DNA of 64,000 nucleotides from contig NC_087255.1 of the NCBI RefSeq assembly GCF_037042905.1, forward strand, positions 28,458,001 to 28,522,000, in the 5' to 3' direction. The notes beneath the pieces were generated by a model, which worked only from the letters and a program-made list of their open reading frames with translations, did not search any database and had not been told where the DNA came from. The position numbers and the translations under genes are program-made. The stretch's first letter is position 1. Each line of letters begins with the position of its first letter. Shown piece after piece: positions 63,593 to 64,000 of the stretch. The stretch comes from Lytechinus pictus (taxonomy: Eukaryota).

Positions 63593-63750
63593 TTACGGGC
63601 AGACTGTCATCGGGCTCGGCTTGACATCACATGTTCTTCTGTTATATTTCTTATTATCCTTGTCGTAATAGCTGTCAGTCTTTGCAAAGCATTCTGCTAG
63701 TGCCTTGTCGCATTTACATACCCCCTCTGAACACTTATCCGAACTGGAAC
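63593..63750 (-). CDS. Last coding exon of a third secreted phospholipase A2 gene (upstream exons beyond the window)
   Basis: Acceptor AG at 63752-63751, phase 1. SSSDKCSEGVCKCDKALAECFAKTDSYYDKDNKKYNRRTC contains the PLA2 CxCD (Asp99) signature. Confidence 0.85.
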
Positions 63751-63799
63751 CTATAGGGGAAAAAGAATGAAGATCAAGGTGATGGTGAAGGTGAAGGTG

Positions 63800-63980
63800 C
63801 ACTGTAAAAAATGAAGTGCTAATTTAGCACTTACAGTGCTTGTATAGTGACCCCGGGATAGTGACTGCACTACGAGTGCTGATTTTCTAGTTCAATTTAA
63901 AACTAGAAAATCAGCACTCGTAGTGCAGTCACTATACAAGCACTGTAAGTGCTAAATTAGCACTTCATTTTTTTACAGTG
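63800..63980. mobile_element. CACTA/EnSpm-like palindromic MITE, 2-bp TSD
   Basis: cactgtaaaaaa ... ttttttacagtg, near-perfect hairpin, tg on both sides. Confidence 0.85.
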
Positions 63981-64000
63981 TGTCAGGAAGATGATGATTA

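Overview
AT-rich animal genomic DNA, most likely sea urchin; this is inferred from the repeat families and a YP30/EBP-type fasciclin gene. The window holds five spliced host genes. PLGRKT lies on the minus strand (4 coding exons, 143 aa). Three secreted phospholipase A2 genes lie in tandem on the minus strand: one with an altered Ca2+ loop and Pro/Thr tail, one Asn49 pseudo-enzyme candidate, and one represented only by its last exon. A two-FAS1-domain gene on the plus strand is nested in intron 1 of the first PLA2. Mobile DNA includes the endonuclease end of a LINE with a ~90-bp tandem array upstream and an apparently complete DIRS1 tyrosine-recombinase retrotransposon in a PLGRKT intron. There is also a young 4.9-kb non-autonomous LTR element with non-canonical CG...CG termini, a 3-bp TSD, a tRNA-Leu-type PBS, CTCF-like motifs and one 775-aa ORF with a protease-like domain lacking its catalytic Asp. 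Many MITEs are present, including a CCCGGG-terminated 8-bp-TSD family that left a solo 6-bp footprint. All calls come from reading and translating by eye; no database searches were run.
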